Positions 54,380 to 64,000 of a stretch of 64,000 nt of DNA are shown here, one piece after another. The notes below the pieces were generated by a model, which saw only the letters and a list, made by a program, of their open reading frames with translations, made no database searches and was not told the DNA's origin. The DNA lies in contig CP067995.1 in NCBI GenBank assembly GCA_045159875.1, forward strand, positions 288,001-352,000, written 5' to 3'. This DNA is from a cyanobacterium endosymbiont of Rhopalodia gibba. GTDB lineage: Bacteria > Cyanobacteriota > Cyanobacteriia > Cyanobacteriales > Microcystaceae. The first letter of the stretch is position 1, and each line of letters starts with the position of its first letter. The translations under genes and the position numbers were made by a program.

Positions 54380-55133
54380 TAAAACCTTTTGAACTGACCG
54401 TATTTGTGGTGACTCAGACAAAGGAGCAGCTATGATGGTACTTCTTTCGATTAGCCAATGGCTAACTGTCGACACCAGAGCGCTAAGCCACTTTACTATC
54501 CCACAAGAATTTTTGGTTAGTCTTTTTGTGGTTCTTTAACTAAGGTTTAGACAACCTGATAGAAGGAGACAGGTCTCATCGAGCAAAACAATTTTAACTT
54601 CCCGACCATATCCGCATAGGTGAGAGAAGGAGGCAAAATAAGTACTCGAATATTATAGGGAACTAGTTCTTCTCGTAAAGCTTAAGTAAAGCCCGAAAGA
54701 GTGAATTTAGTTTTCGGAGCAGTTGCCATAGTGGAGCGGCAATTTTCCTATTAAACTCGAAAATTTTATTGGGTTATATCATCGAGCTGCAAACTGAATA
54801 ATGTCATGGGTTTCCATTAAACTAATAGCTAATTCATTTTTAACTTGAGATAATCGAGTTATCAAAAAAAATTTTGAGCTCAATCGGTCCATATTTTCAT
54901 CAGGCTTGACTAATAGTTTTGATTCACGGCAGTCAGTCAAGTAAGGTCTAAGAGGAAAATAACACTTTTTACTCCTATCCTTTCAATATCAGCGGCTACT
55001 AGAGCCAATTTTTAGCATTGCGGACTACCAATAATAGACGTCTGAAATCATGGTAAACCAATTCAAGAGCGCTCACTCGTCTAATATTACGGGAAGCCCC
55101 TCTTACTATTACTGCTTTTTCTAAAATTTTCAT
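54380..55133 (-). pseudogene. SDR family oxidoreductase pseudogene
   Basis: GASRNIRR..ALEL...RRLLLVVR, LDLT, SSLIGK, TMATAPKTKF...GFT*ALREELVPYNIRV..LPPSLT..DMV, ILVG**S.LA.WC. Confidence 0.88.
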
Positions 55134-57380
55134 ATTCAACACCTCAACTCAATTCAAAATATTAGGAGTTAGGCGCATAAAGACTTTATACTCGTTTCAT
55201 GGTAAATGAGTACATATGGTATTCTTCCTGCACGTTTCAAGTTAGACAAAAAAAAGAATTTCTAATTAATGAGTTAATAACTATTACTTAGGATCGTTAA
55301 CCTTAAAGTTCATTTAATGTATATCTTGTCCCGACTCGACCCTATGCTAAATATGTGCACATACTCGCAGATAAAATAGGATTACTCCTAACTATTTTAT
55401 CGTAATTTTTTTATCTCTGATGGCGTCATTACTTAAAAAATGACAGAGTATCAAAGATAAAATAATAGTTATAATGGGATATTGATAGTACGTATATTTA
55501 TTGATAGCTTTATGAAGACTTCTGGAATTTGGCGATCTTTGGTCCTATAAATATTATTTCAATTTTGATCAACAGTTTTGAATAGGATTAAAATCAGAGA
55601 AATATAGAAAGAAAAATATAGTTTTTTCTCCGATAAATTTTATTATATTTATAACTTTTCTAACTCATTGTTAATACTTTCTACTGTTCCCTGAGTCGTT
55701 TCTAAATCAATATAGACAATGATTTGATAATCCGACGTATCAGTGTTTAGCATCTAGCTCTAATAAATAAAATTTCTTACAGCAATTAACTAACTTTAAG
55801 AGTCCTTATACTCAGTCTTAGTTTTTCAAAAAAGCTATTCTAAATTCCTCTTTTAATTAGAGCCTTTTTAAGAAAAATGTTAAAATTTTGTCCATTTAAC
55901 TTAGTTTATCTTTTTATTTGTTCTTAAATTTCATATATCTCTGATAATATCAAATTTTCTCTTATTTAAATTCGATAGTTTTTTAAGTAAAAAATATTAA
56001 AATCTTTATCTTATTGTTTGAAAATTCATTTATGACCATCTGATATAAAATCAGATATATTATTATATTAAATATATAATTATTTCAATTTATATCAAAA
56101 ATTTATTTGCAATATAATTGCAGATTTTTTAAAGTCCTATACTAACTTTTTTTGTGCTTTATAAATACCTCTTTTCATCAAGTTACTGGTTATTCTAGTA
56201 TTCCTTTAGGATTTTTAATTTTTATAATTTACATACTTATTTCTTTGCCTAAAAAATTTTATTTAATAAAATTTTTATTTTTTAGCTAGAGTAGTCTTAT
56301 CATAAGTTATTTTAATAATTAAGATGTTTTTACTTGTAAACTTTAACTTAGACTTTTGAGTATTATTTTTATTTATTGTTCACTTATTCTATCTATTTTT
56401 GTTAAATTGTTAATCTCCTTATTTGAGATATTTTTAATTATTTTTACATTAGATATAAATTCTAAGTCTAGCACTTGATCTTATAGGTATAAATTAAGTT
56501 CTAATATTGCATTTAATATAATCTAAGTCTAGACATTAAATATGCTATCATACTACTTATTACCATTTTTCTAGAACTTTTCTGTTTTAGACTTATTCTA
56601 GAAGATAAGCTTGTTGATTTTCCGATAAACGAGCTCGAGATATGAGCATCTATCATGATATTTCTTTTTTGTCTACCATAGTTAGTTAATTCTTCTATTT
56701 AAGAAATATTTTTTGTACGAATTATAAGTAACCTAGTTTTTATGAGTAAAATAGTACTTTTGCTTATAATTTGACTCATACAATCAATATTTTTTGTTTA
56801 ATCATCTTTAAGTCTTCAAAAGAAGCTAAGTTGACCAATATCAATGATTCTAGACAATAACTATTATCTGGATAATGAGTTAAATGATAACTTATTCAAG
56901 ATACTTGCTAGCAACGATAGCAATCTAAAAAAAATTAAAATAACTTTATGCGTCTCGAAGTATAGAATAGAAAATGATTATCTTTATTCATATTTATTTG
57001 CAACTCATTATTTATTTAAAAAATAGATAACCATTCCTGACCGGTAAAACCAATTAGATCAACCATGGAATTTAGAAAAAGATTCAGTTTAAAAAACATA
57101 TTTCATGAAAAACAATATAATTCAAGATATTTCTCTGGAAGAAAAGGTTAAATTAGATGTATGAATTGCTAGAGAAGTTACCAGAATTATTTGGCAAATT
57201 TTAAATAATATAATTTAATTATTCAACTAAACCTTAATACTTGATATCTAAAGAAAAACTAAATTTATTCAACACTGTATAGAAGTCTTGACTAGCATGG
57301 GAGATGCATATGGCTTTTTAAAAATTAAAGAATGTTATTCAAATCTCACTCATCATTAATTAATCAAAAATCAATCAACT

Positions 57381-58496
57381 ATGAAATTTGTTGACGAATA
57401 CCGCGATGCTAACTTAGCTCAACAATATTCCAGGAAAATTTCCCAGATAACCACCAAAAATTGGAGGATAATGGAAATCTGTGGTGGACAAACCCATTCT
57501 ATTGTGAAATATGGAATTGACGAACTTTTACCCTCAAAAATTACCTTGATCCATGGACCAGGTTGTCCTGTATGTGTAACCCCCATTCAATTGATTGATT
57601 CTGCCTTAAAAATTGCCGCTCTTCAGGATGTAATTTTCTGTTCCTTTGGGGACATGTTGCGAGTCCCTGGAACTGATGAAGATTTGCTCACCGTCAAAGC
57701 GAGGGGGGGCGATGTTCGCATTGTATATTCTCCTTTAGATTGTCTGAAACTTTCCCAGAAAAATCCCAACAAACAGGTAGTCTTTTTTGCTGTCGGGTTT
57801 GAAACCACTACCCCTGCAACCGCCATGGTTGTTTATCAAGCTGCACAACACGCAATAACCAATCTTTCTTTATTGGTGTCTCATGTCTTGGTCCCTCCTG
57901 CCATGGAAACTATTTTAGGGTCACCTAAATCCCAAATACAGGGGTTTTTAGCCGCTGGTCATGTTTGCACAGTAATGGGATATGAAGAATATAACCATAT
58001 TTCCCAAAAATACGGCGTTCCTATCGTGATAACAGGGTTTGAACCCGTTGATGTTCTTCAAGGAATTTATCTATGTCTGCAACAGTTAGAATCAGGACAG
58101 GCGTACTGTGAGAATCAATATGTCCGTTCCGTGAAGCAACAGGGCAATTCTATTGCAAAACAAATTATTCAAGAAGTATTTGAGGTAGTTCCTCGACAAT
58201 GGCGAGGTATTGGGGAGATTGATCAAAGTGGCTTAGGGTTGAGGGGAAAATATGCAAGTTTTGACGCCTTAAAACGGTTCGCCGAGGAATTATCTTTAAT
58301 CAAACCCTCTTATGTCTCTTCTATTTGTATTAGTGGAGAAATTATGCAAGGCCGTAAAAACCCCCACCATTGTCCTGCCTTTGGGAAAGAATGCACTCCA
58401 GAACATCCATTGGGCGCACCCATGGTATCCTCGGAAGGGACTTGTGCTGCTTACTATCACTATCGTAATTATAAAAGTCAAACATTGATGGTTTAA
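57381..58496 (+). CDS. hypD: hydrogenase maturation protein HypD
   Basis: [54 protein letters not shown]. Confidence 0.99.
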   Translation: MKFVDEYRDANLAQQYSRKISQITTKNWRIMEICGGQTHSIVKYGIDELLPSKITLIHGPGCPVCVTPIQLIDSALKIAALQDVIFCSFGDMLRVPGTDEDLLTVKARGGDVRIVYSPLDCLKLSQKNPNKQVVFFAVGFETTTPATAMVVYQAAQHAITNLSLLVSHVLVPPAMETILGSPKSQIQGFLAAGHVCTVMGYEEYNHISQKYGVPIVITGFEPVDVLQGIYLCLQQLESGQAYCENQYVRSVKQQGNSIAKQIIQEVFEVVPRQWRGIGEIDQSGLGLRGKYASFDALKRFAEELSLIKPSYVSSICISGEIMQGRKNPHHCPAFGKECTPEHPLGAPMVSSEGTCAAYYHYRNYKSQTLMV

Positions 58497-58719
58497 GAAG
58501 TCAAAATCTTATGGTACTATCTTTTTTTTTGATTTAGTCGCAGCTGCGATAACCACAATTAAGAATTAATTATGCTATAAGTACTGTCATTTTAAATAGT
58601 ATTTAAAATTAAAATAACTAATTTTTCTTATTCTGAATGTAAAAATTAGCGAATAATAAATTCATAAAGGAATAGCTGCTAATAGAAGCGTGGATTTAGA
58701 TAATAATTATCAAGAGATA

Positions 58720-58900
58720 TCATGTTTTATTCGATTAAAAAGTCATCTAGTTTTTATTGCTGTTACTACCATTATTTTTATTGGTTAAATTGTGATCATT
58801 CAATGGGGAAGACGAGTAGTTAAAACTACTCCCTTATCATTGGGTGGTTGAATTTCTATTATTTTAGGAATCTCTATTGTTATTTGGTAAGGAGAAATTT
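58720..58900 (+). pseudogene. C-terminal remnant of a Ca2+-translocating P-type ATPase
   Basis: FIAVTTIIFIG*IVIIQWGRRVVKTTPLSLGG*ISIILG.SIVIW*GEI resembles the PMCA-type pattern Q.LIVQ.GG..F.T.PLS...W. Confidence 0.55.
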
Positions 58901-61054
58901 ATTTCATTATTCAAAGACTTAACGATAGTAAACTAGAAGTCACTAATTAAAATTTACTAGTTAACTTTAAAAGATAAATTAATATCCTGAAGTCTTTAGT
59001 TAATCGATTTACTATTAGTCGTTTAAAAGAAGATAAAAAGATAGTTTATTGTTACTACTAATCGTTTATCGTAGATGTTTAACGATTTGTATTATGACAG
59101 TTTGAACTGTTCTTTACTAAGAGAAAAGTATAAACCTGTTGATTGATTCAATGAAGTTAAACAAAAATTTATATTAACCTTATCAGTGGAACCTTAAGTA
59201 TTAAAAATACACCAATTAAAGTACTTCAATGAAGATTAATTATCCATTTTTATTTAGATTTTAGATATAAAAACCTAAAGTAATTAAGCTATTGTTTTTG
59301 TTTTATTCCGATCCTTTAAGAGTATTAGGTTCTTTTGACTGTAAACTTAATAAAAAAATAAAAACCCTATAAGAATGCTATTCATGAATATTTTTTAAAA
59401 TGTTTTAGATTTAGCTTTATCTGTTTAACTTGTGCCATAAAAATAGTTATTTTTTAAATAAAAATAACCTTAATTACTTTTAAGTCTAAAGCTTAGACAT
59501 AGAAGAAGACGCAAAAGATATTTTAAAAAAAAATAGTTTAATTTTAGATTTATCTTTTGAAGATAATTAAGATTTAAATAAAGTAAATATAATTCAAGTT
59601 AGTTAATTTAAAGGTTAGTTCAATTTTTGAATAGAACTCCATTTCTTGAAGTAATTATATGGATTTAATAAATTTATAGTTTTAATTTTGAAAACAAGCT
59701 AAACTTACTTTATATTGTTCTATAAATTTTTATAAAATTAGAACTTATAAAGTACTAAAAAATTGCTGTTTAATTAAAATTAAATCAAAAAAATATTAAA
59801 AATAACTTTATTTATATTTAAAATTGAAGTATCAATACTAAAAAATAATCATTTTAGCCGTTAATTATTTTAAATATAAATTTAAAATAATTTGTCAATT
59901 TACAACTATCGATAGTGATTATATTGATAATATTAGCATACTTAAAAAGTTTTATAATAATCAAAAAGATGCTTAGAAAACAAAAAGATAAATCAATAAT
60001 ACTAAAGCTTAATTTTTAATTAAAAAGTATTTTTTTGTGTAAAATACTGATCAAATTGTCTTTGATGGCTAAAATTAACAAGTTTATATAAGAGTTTATT
60101 TAGTTATCAAATTGTCTTCTTTAAAAGAATTAATTGATTCAATTGATATCCATCATCTATTTTAGATATTTCGTTGACTTTTGCTAAAATTTACAAAATG
60201 TATTTTTTATACAATCATGTTTAGAATAACTATGGTAAAAATACATGATTATATTTAAAAATAAGTAAATATTTCCTACGGTAATTCAAACAAATATTTT
60301 TTATATTTTATTTTTAAAATAAAGCAAAAACAGTAAATTTAAATGACGCATAAATTGTCACTTTTTTAGATAAAAATAAGTGGAATTAGATATTTTATTG
60401 ACTAGACTTACTAATAGTTACTTCTGATATAAGTATACAAATTTTTAATTATCTATCTAAAGTAGGATAAAAATAAACAAAAAAGTTTTCAGATAAGTTC
60501 ATAAGTCAATCCAAGAAAAATATTAATCTAATCGATATAAGTACAAAATATTTATCAATAGATATCTATGTAAAAGTTAAAGATATAAATTTTAATTAAA
60601 TTTTCAAATGTTATTATTAATCTCTCCCCAACTCATTATAGACATCATTAACAAGAAAAAACATAATTTAAATTATAGTAAGTATTTTGAAAAAATTTTT
60701 TTTAAGTCAGAGAAACTCAATTTAGTTGCTTGGATTTATTTGGTAATATCAAGTTATTGATATCTAGTCTATTTTAGAGTGCTCTAAAACATAATATTAT
60801 ATTTTTTAAAGAAACCTTATCTTAGATATTTCAGTTAAAATAAGTGACATTTTAAACTATACAATTATTTTTTATCTCACTTGCAAGTAGTATAAATAAT
60901 TATAGTGACTAACTAAAATATTTATTTGCAAAATATTAATTTATACATATTTTACAAAAACTCTTAAATAGATAACTGATTTAAGGAGCGAAGTATTAGT
61001 TTTTATTTTTTAAATTTACTTTTGTAGTTAGCTTTTTCAACTCTACCTAACCAA

Positions 61055-61460
61055 TCAGGTAAAATACCAAGTTAAAAAAAATCGTAGTTAAAAATTGACG
61101 AGATTTTTGAATCCATAAGCTCTCCTTTTAATCAACTTCAATTTATTATTAATCTCTTTTATGATTCCTTGGCTTGTTCTCTGATAAAAATAGGTAATAA
61201 TTTCTCTAATCTAACTCCTCATTGTTCCGCCGCTTTCTGGCTATATAGTATAGTATCGCCTAAATAATAATTATGGTTGTTGATACGCCTGTTATTAAAG
61301 ATTAAGTTTTGTCTTTGTATCTTTAACTTTTACATTACAGATTTAGTAGGACCGCATTCCATTCTAATTTGAGATATTCTTTTGGGATATAAAAGATTTT
61401 TTGAGAAAAATCTGACAAAATTTTGATCTGGGTATTCATTCTAATTTAGATATTTTTCTT
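61055..61460 (-). mobile_element. ISL3-family transposase remnant (C-terminal part)
   Basis: GTMRS*IREIITYFYQRTSQGIIKEINNKLKLIKRRAYGFKNLVNF*LR matches the ISL3 motif EG.NNK.K..KR.AYGF.N..NF..R. Confidence 0.88.
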
Positions 61461-61522
61461 GTGTTAAGTGTGCGTAATGGTTAAACTAGATTAGGAAAAT
61501 TAATTATCTCTAAAATAAAAAT

Positions 61523-62194
61523 TTGATCTCTTCAGACTCTTCTAGAAACCCTTCACTGGCTTGGCAAAATTTGCTCAGACAACATCGGGTTATTGCAGTC
61601 ATCCGCACTGACAATTTAAATCTTGGCTTAGACATGGCTAAAGCCGTATCTGCTGGTGGAATTCGTCTAATTGAAATTACCTGGAATAGTGAAAGACCTG
61701 TCCAACTAATTCGCCAAATTTGCGAGGAATTACCTAACTGTACCATTGGAACAGGGACAGTTCTAAACCTCGAACAGCTACAAGAGGCGATTGCAGCTAA
61801 GGTTAAATTTTGCTTTACCCCCCACGTCAACCCTACATTAATTCAAAACGCCATTAACGCCGAGATTCCTATAATTCCTGGCGCTTTATCTCCTACGGAA
61901 ATTACCACCGCTTGGCAATTAGGAGCTAGTTGCGTTAAAGTCTTTCCTGTACAAGCGATAGGAGGAGTCTCTTACATTGAAGGGCTACAAGGTCCTTTGG
62001 GCTTTATTCCCCTTATTCCCACTGGTGGCGTAACCCTCGACAATGCTGCGGACTTTATTCAAGCAGGGGCGATTGCAGTAGGGTTATCGGGTCAATTATT
62101 TCCTAAGAAGGCTATTGATAATAAAAATTGGGAGGTCATCACTCAAAAAGCTCAAATATTGTTGCAACAACTAAAGCCTTTTTGTTCCGTCTAA
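61523..62194 (+). CDS. eda: KDPG/KHG aldolase
   Basis: VIAVIR, GGIRLIEIT, IGTGTV, PGALSPTE, VKVFP, LIPTGGV; start uncertain (TTG). Confidence 0.95.
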   Translation: MISSDSSRNPSLAWQNLLRQHRVIAVIRTDNLNLGLDMAKAVSAGGIRLIEITWNSERPVQLIRQICEELPNCTIGTGTVLNLEQLQEAIAAKVKFCFTPHVNPTLIQNAINAEIPIIPGALSPTEITTAWQLGASCVKVFPVQAIGGVSYIEGLQGPLGFIPLIPTGGVTLDNAADFIQAGAIAVGLSGQLFPKKAIDNKNWEVITQKAQILLQQLKPFCSV

Positions 62195-62405
62195 AAAAAT
62201 GCTGTTTCACGATTCTTCTTTTAAAGATAATTTCTGAAAGTTTGGTAAATTTTTAGTGAAAGTTAGATAGAATAGAGAGTATATAAAAAGTTAGTAAACC
62301 ATAAGATATTTTATCTTTTTTGGAGATAAGTTTAATAGAAATTTATAGAGGAAGGGGAAAGCAACAGCTATTTTCCAGAAAAAGTATTTGTTCAGTTCTA
62401 GTGTT

Positions 62406-62885
62406 ATGAGTACAGACTTTAGTCTTGATATTGCCGAAGTATTGTATTATTTAGATGACTTATATCAAGAATTTAAACATAATGACAATTTTGTTCCTCA
62501 ATTTACACATTTATAAAGAAAAAAATCGTAATGTAGTATTATAAATTTAAGCTGCATTTAATGATAAACTAACGGTGATAATTATTGGATTTTAAGTCAA
62601 TTATAGATAATACATAATAACCAAAAAATTGTTTCTATGTTAGCAAAAGATTAAGCTGTTAAATCATTTTAAAACCAAGGATATATTACTCAATAACCCT
62701 TTAAAAGGACCTATAAACAAGGACTTCAGTTAATTCCTCACCATCGACAGAATAATGAAGTAAAACTCGGCAAAAACAATTAATAAAATTACACGTTGTA
62801 AACGTTCTTTGATTGAAACGGTTTACGATAAAGGTAAAATATCTCTCAGATTGAACATTCTAGACATTGAAGTGTTTAAAACCTT
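62406..62885 (+). mobile_element. IS982-family transposase remnant with an internal deletion
   Basis: IAEVLYYLDDLYQEF, YKFKLHLMIN*R**LL, NQGYITQ....YKQGLQLI, KRSLIETV.D, NISQIEHSRH*S. Confidence 0.88.
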
Positions 62886-63249
62886 TTTCAAAGATCGAAT
62901 TTCTCAAGCAGTAGTAAAAGAGATTAATCAAAAGATTGAATTAATCACAAAAATAAGCGCATGGCTTAACTAACTTTGATAATTTTAGAGGGATAGCCTT
63001 ATGAAACTGATATTTTTCCCAGCAACTTCTTCAGACTTAATCTAGGAGAGCTAAAATTGTAAACTTATTAATTTAGTCCATTGCATTTGTATAAATACCT
63101 GGATTCATAGAAAAAGTTAGTTAACCTGTCTGGCTATAAATAGCGGTCAAGTATGGCAAACGAATCAAAAAGGTCAAATTAGAATTGCTCTGATAAAAGA
63201 ATTTAGCCGTAGTTTAGTTCAACTACTTCTCCATTGATTAATTATTTAG

Positions 63250-64000
63250 TCAGACTAAATCTTTGATTCCACTAACATTAGCCAACTTAAGATCGGGACA
63301 AGTGCGCTTAATTAAGCCCGTTAGTACCTTTCCTGGACCAACCTCAATCCCCTGACTAATTTCTTCTTTACGCAATTGAAACATTGTCTCTCGCCAACGA
63401 ACAGAACTGGTCATCTGTTGAGTCAAATGAGCTCTTAAGACTGTTCCTGACTGAGTAGGAGTAGGATCAACATTAGAAAGCACCGGAATTTGAGCATCAG
63501 TAAATTCATAAGCAGTCAATAACGTCTCGAATTGTTGGGCCACTGTTCTCATTAACGGAGAATGAAATGCCCCAGACACTTTAAGCAGAACGGCTCGTTT
63601 AGCCTTAATCTGAGAGAGAACTTCCTTGACTGCTTCAGGGGTTCCCGAAATAACCACCTGTTGATCACTATTATCATTAGCTAATACGACATTAGGATTA
63701 GCTGCGATCACCTGTTCTAATTGACTTTGATCAAACTTCATCAAGGCGGCCATTTTTCCCCCAGTGACTGTATCCATTAACTGGGCGCGACGTTGAACCA
63801 ATTGTAATCCGGTAGCAAAATCGAACACTTTCGCCGCATACAAAGCCGAATATTCCCCTAAACTATGCCCTGCAACCAAATCTGGTGTTTGACCTTTCTC
63901 TCGAAGTAAATCGCTTAAAATGCTTTCAATCACATACAAACAAGGCTGAGTATAGAGAGTACGAGATAATTCTTCCTCATTTTCCTGACATTTTTCCACC
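63250..64000 (-). CDS. fabD: malonyl CoA-ACP transacylase (5' end outside the window)
   Basis: TLYTQPCL, AGHSLGEYSAL, VSGAFHS, VRW, EVGPGKVLTGL. Confidence 0.97.
   Translation of the reverse strand, partial: VEKCQENEEELSRTLYTQPCLYVIESILSDLLREKGQTPDLVAGHSLGEYSALYAAKVFDFATGLQLVQRRAQLMDTVTGGKMAALMKFDQSQLEQVIAANPNVVLANDNSDQQVVISGTPEAVKEVLSQIKAKRAVLLKVSGAFHSPLMRTVAQQFETLLTAYEFTDAQIPVLSNVDPTPTQSGTVLRAHLTQQMTSSVRWRETMFQLRKEEISQGIEVGPGKVLTGLIKRTCPDLKLANVSGIKDLV

Noticed and set aside
58900..61050. Very AT-rich 2-kb tract as a possible oriC or CRISPR array
   Set aside because: No regularly spaced repeats or DnaA-box cluster were seen, and similar deserts occur throughout the window.

Overview
This is an AT-rich cyanobacterial chromosome segment in active reductive decay. 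About 35 intact housekeeping genes cover only about 53% of the window (summed CDS lengths). They include cax, glmS, mreBCD, ssb, coaD, leuC, a stand-alone fusA paralog, metG, lptC, nblR, gatD-like, hisF, hisZ, suhB, lpxC, bamA, purC, ndhB, mnmA, pfkB, rsmI, rpsD, hypD, eda and fabD. The long spacers contain readable pseudogenes: fructokinase, aqpZ, an ABC ATPase, DUF192, two 2Fe-2S ferredoxins (Fed2/FdC2 and Ssl3044-like), a J-domain/TPR protein, DUF1993, an SDR oxidoreductase and a Ca2+ P-type ATPase. They also contain dead mobile elements: Rpn/DUF2887, ISL3, IS982 and a group II intron 5' fragment whose EBS1/IBS1 and EBS2/IBS2 pairings with the flanking exon are still intact. The low coding density, loss of photosynthesis-linked ferredoxins and retention of hypD, ndhB, eda and amino-acid synthesis suggest a non-photosynthetic, probably N2-fixing endosymbiont such as a Rhopalodiaceae diatom spheroid body/diazoplast (inference). 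Other signals are tight near-perfect palindromes in decaying DNA, CpG-transition decay of HIP1, and candidate structured leaders upstream of fusA and ndhB. No rRNA, tRNA or CRISPR array was seen, and no clearly novel multi-gene system was found. All family assignments come from motif recognition by eye, not database searches.
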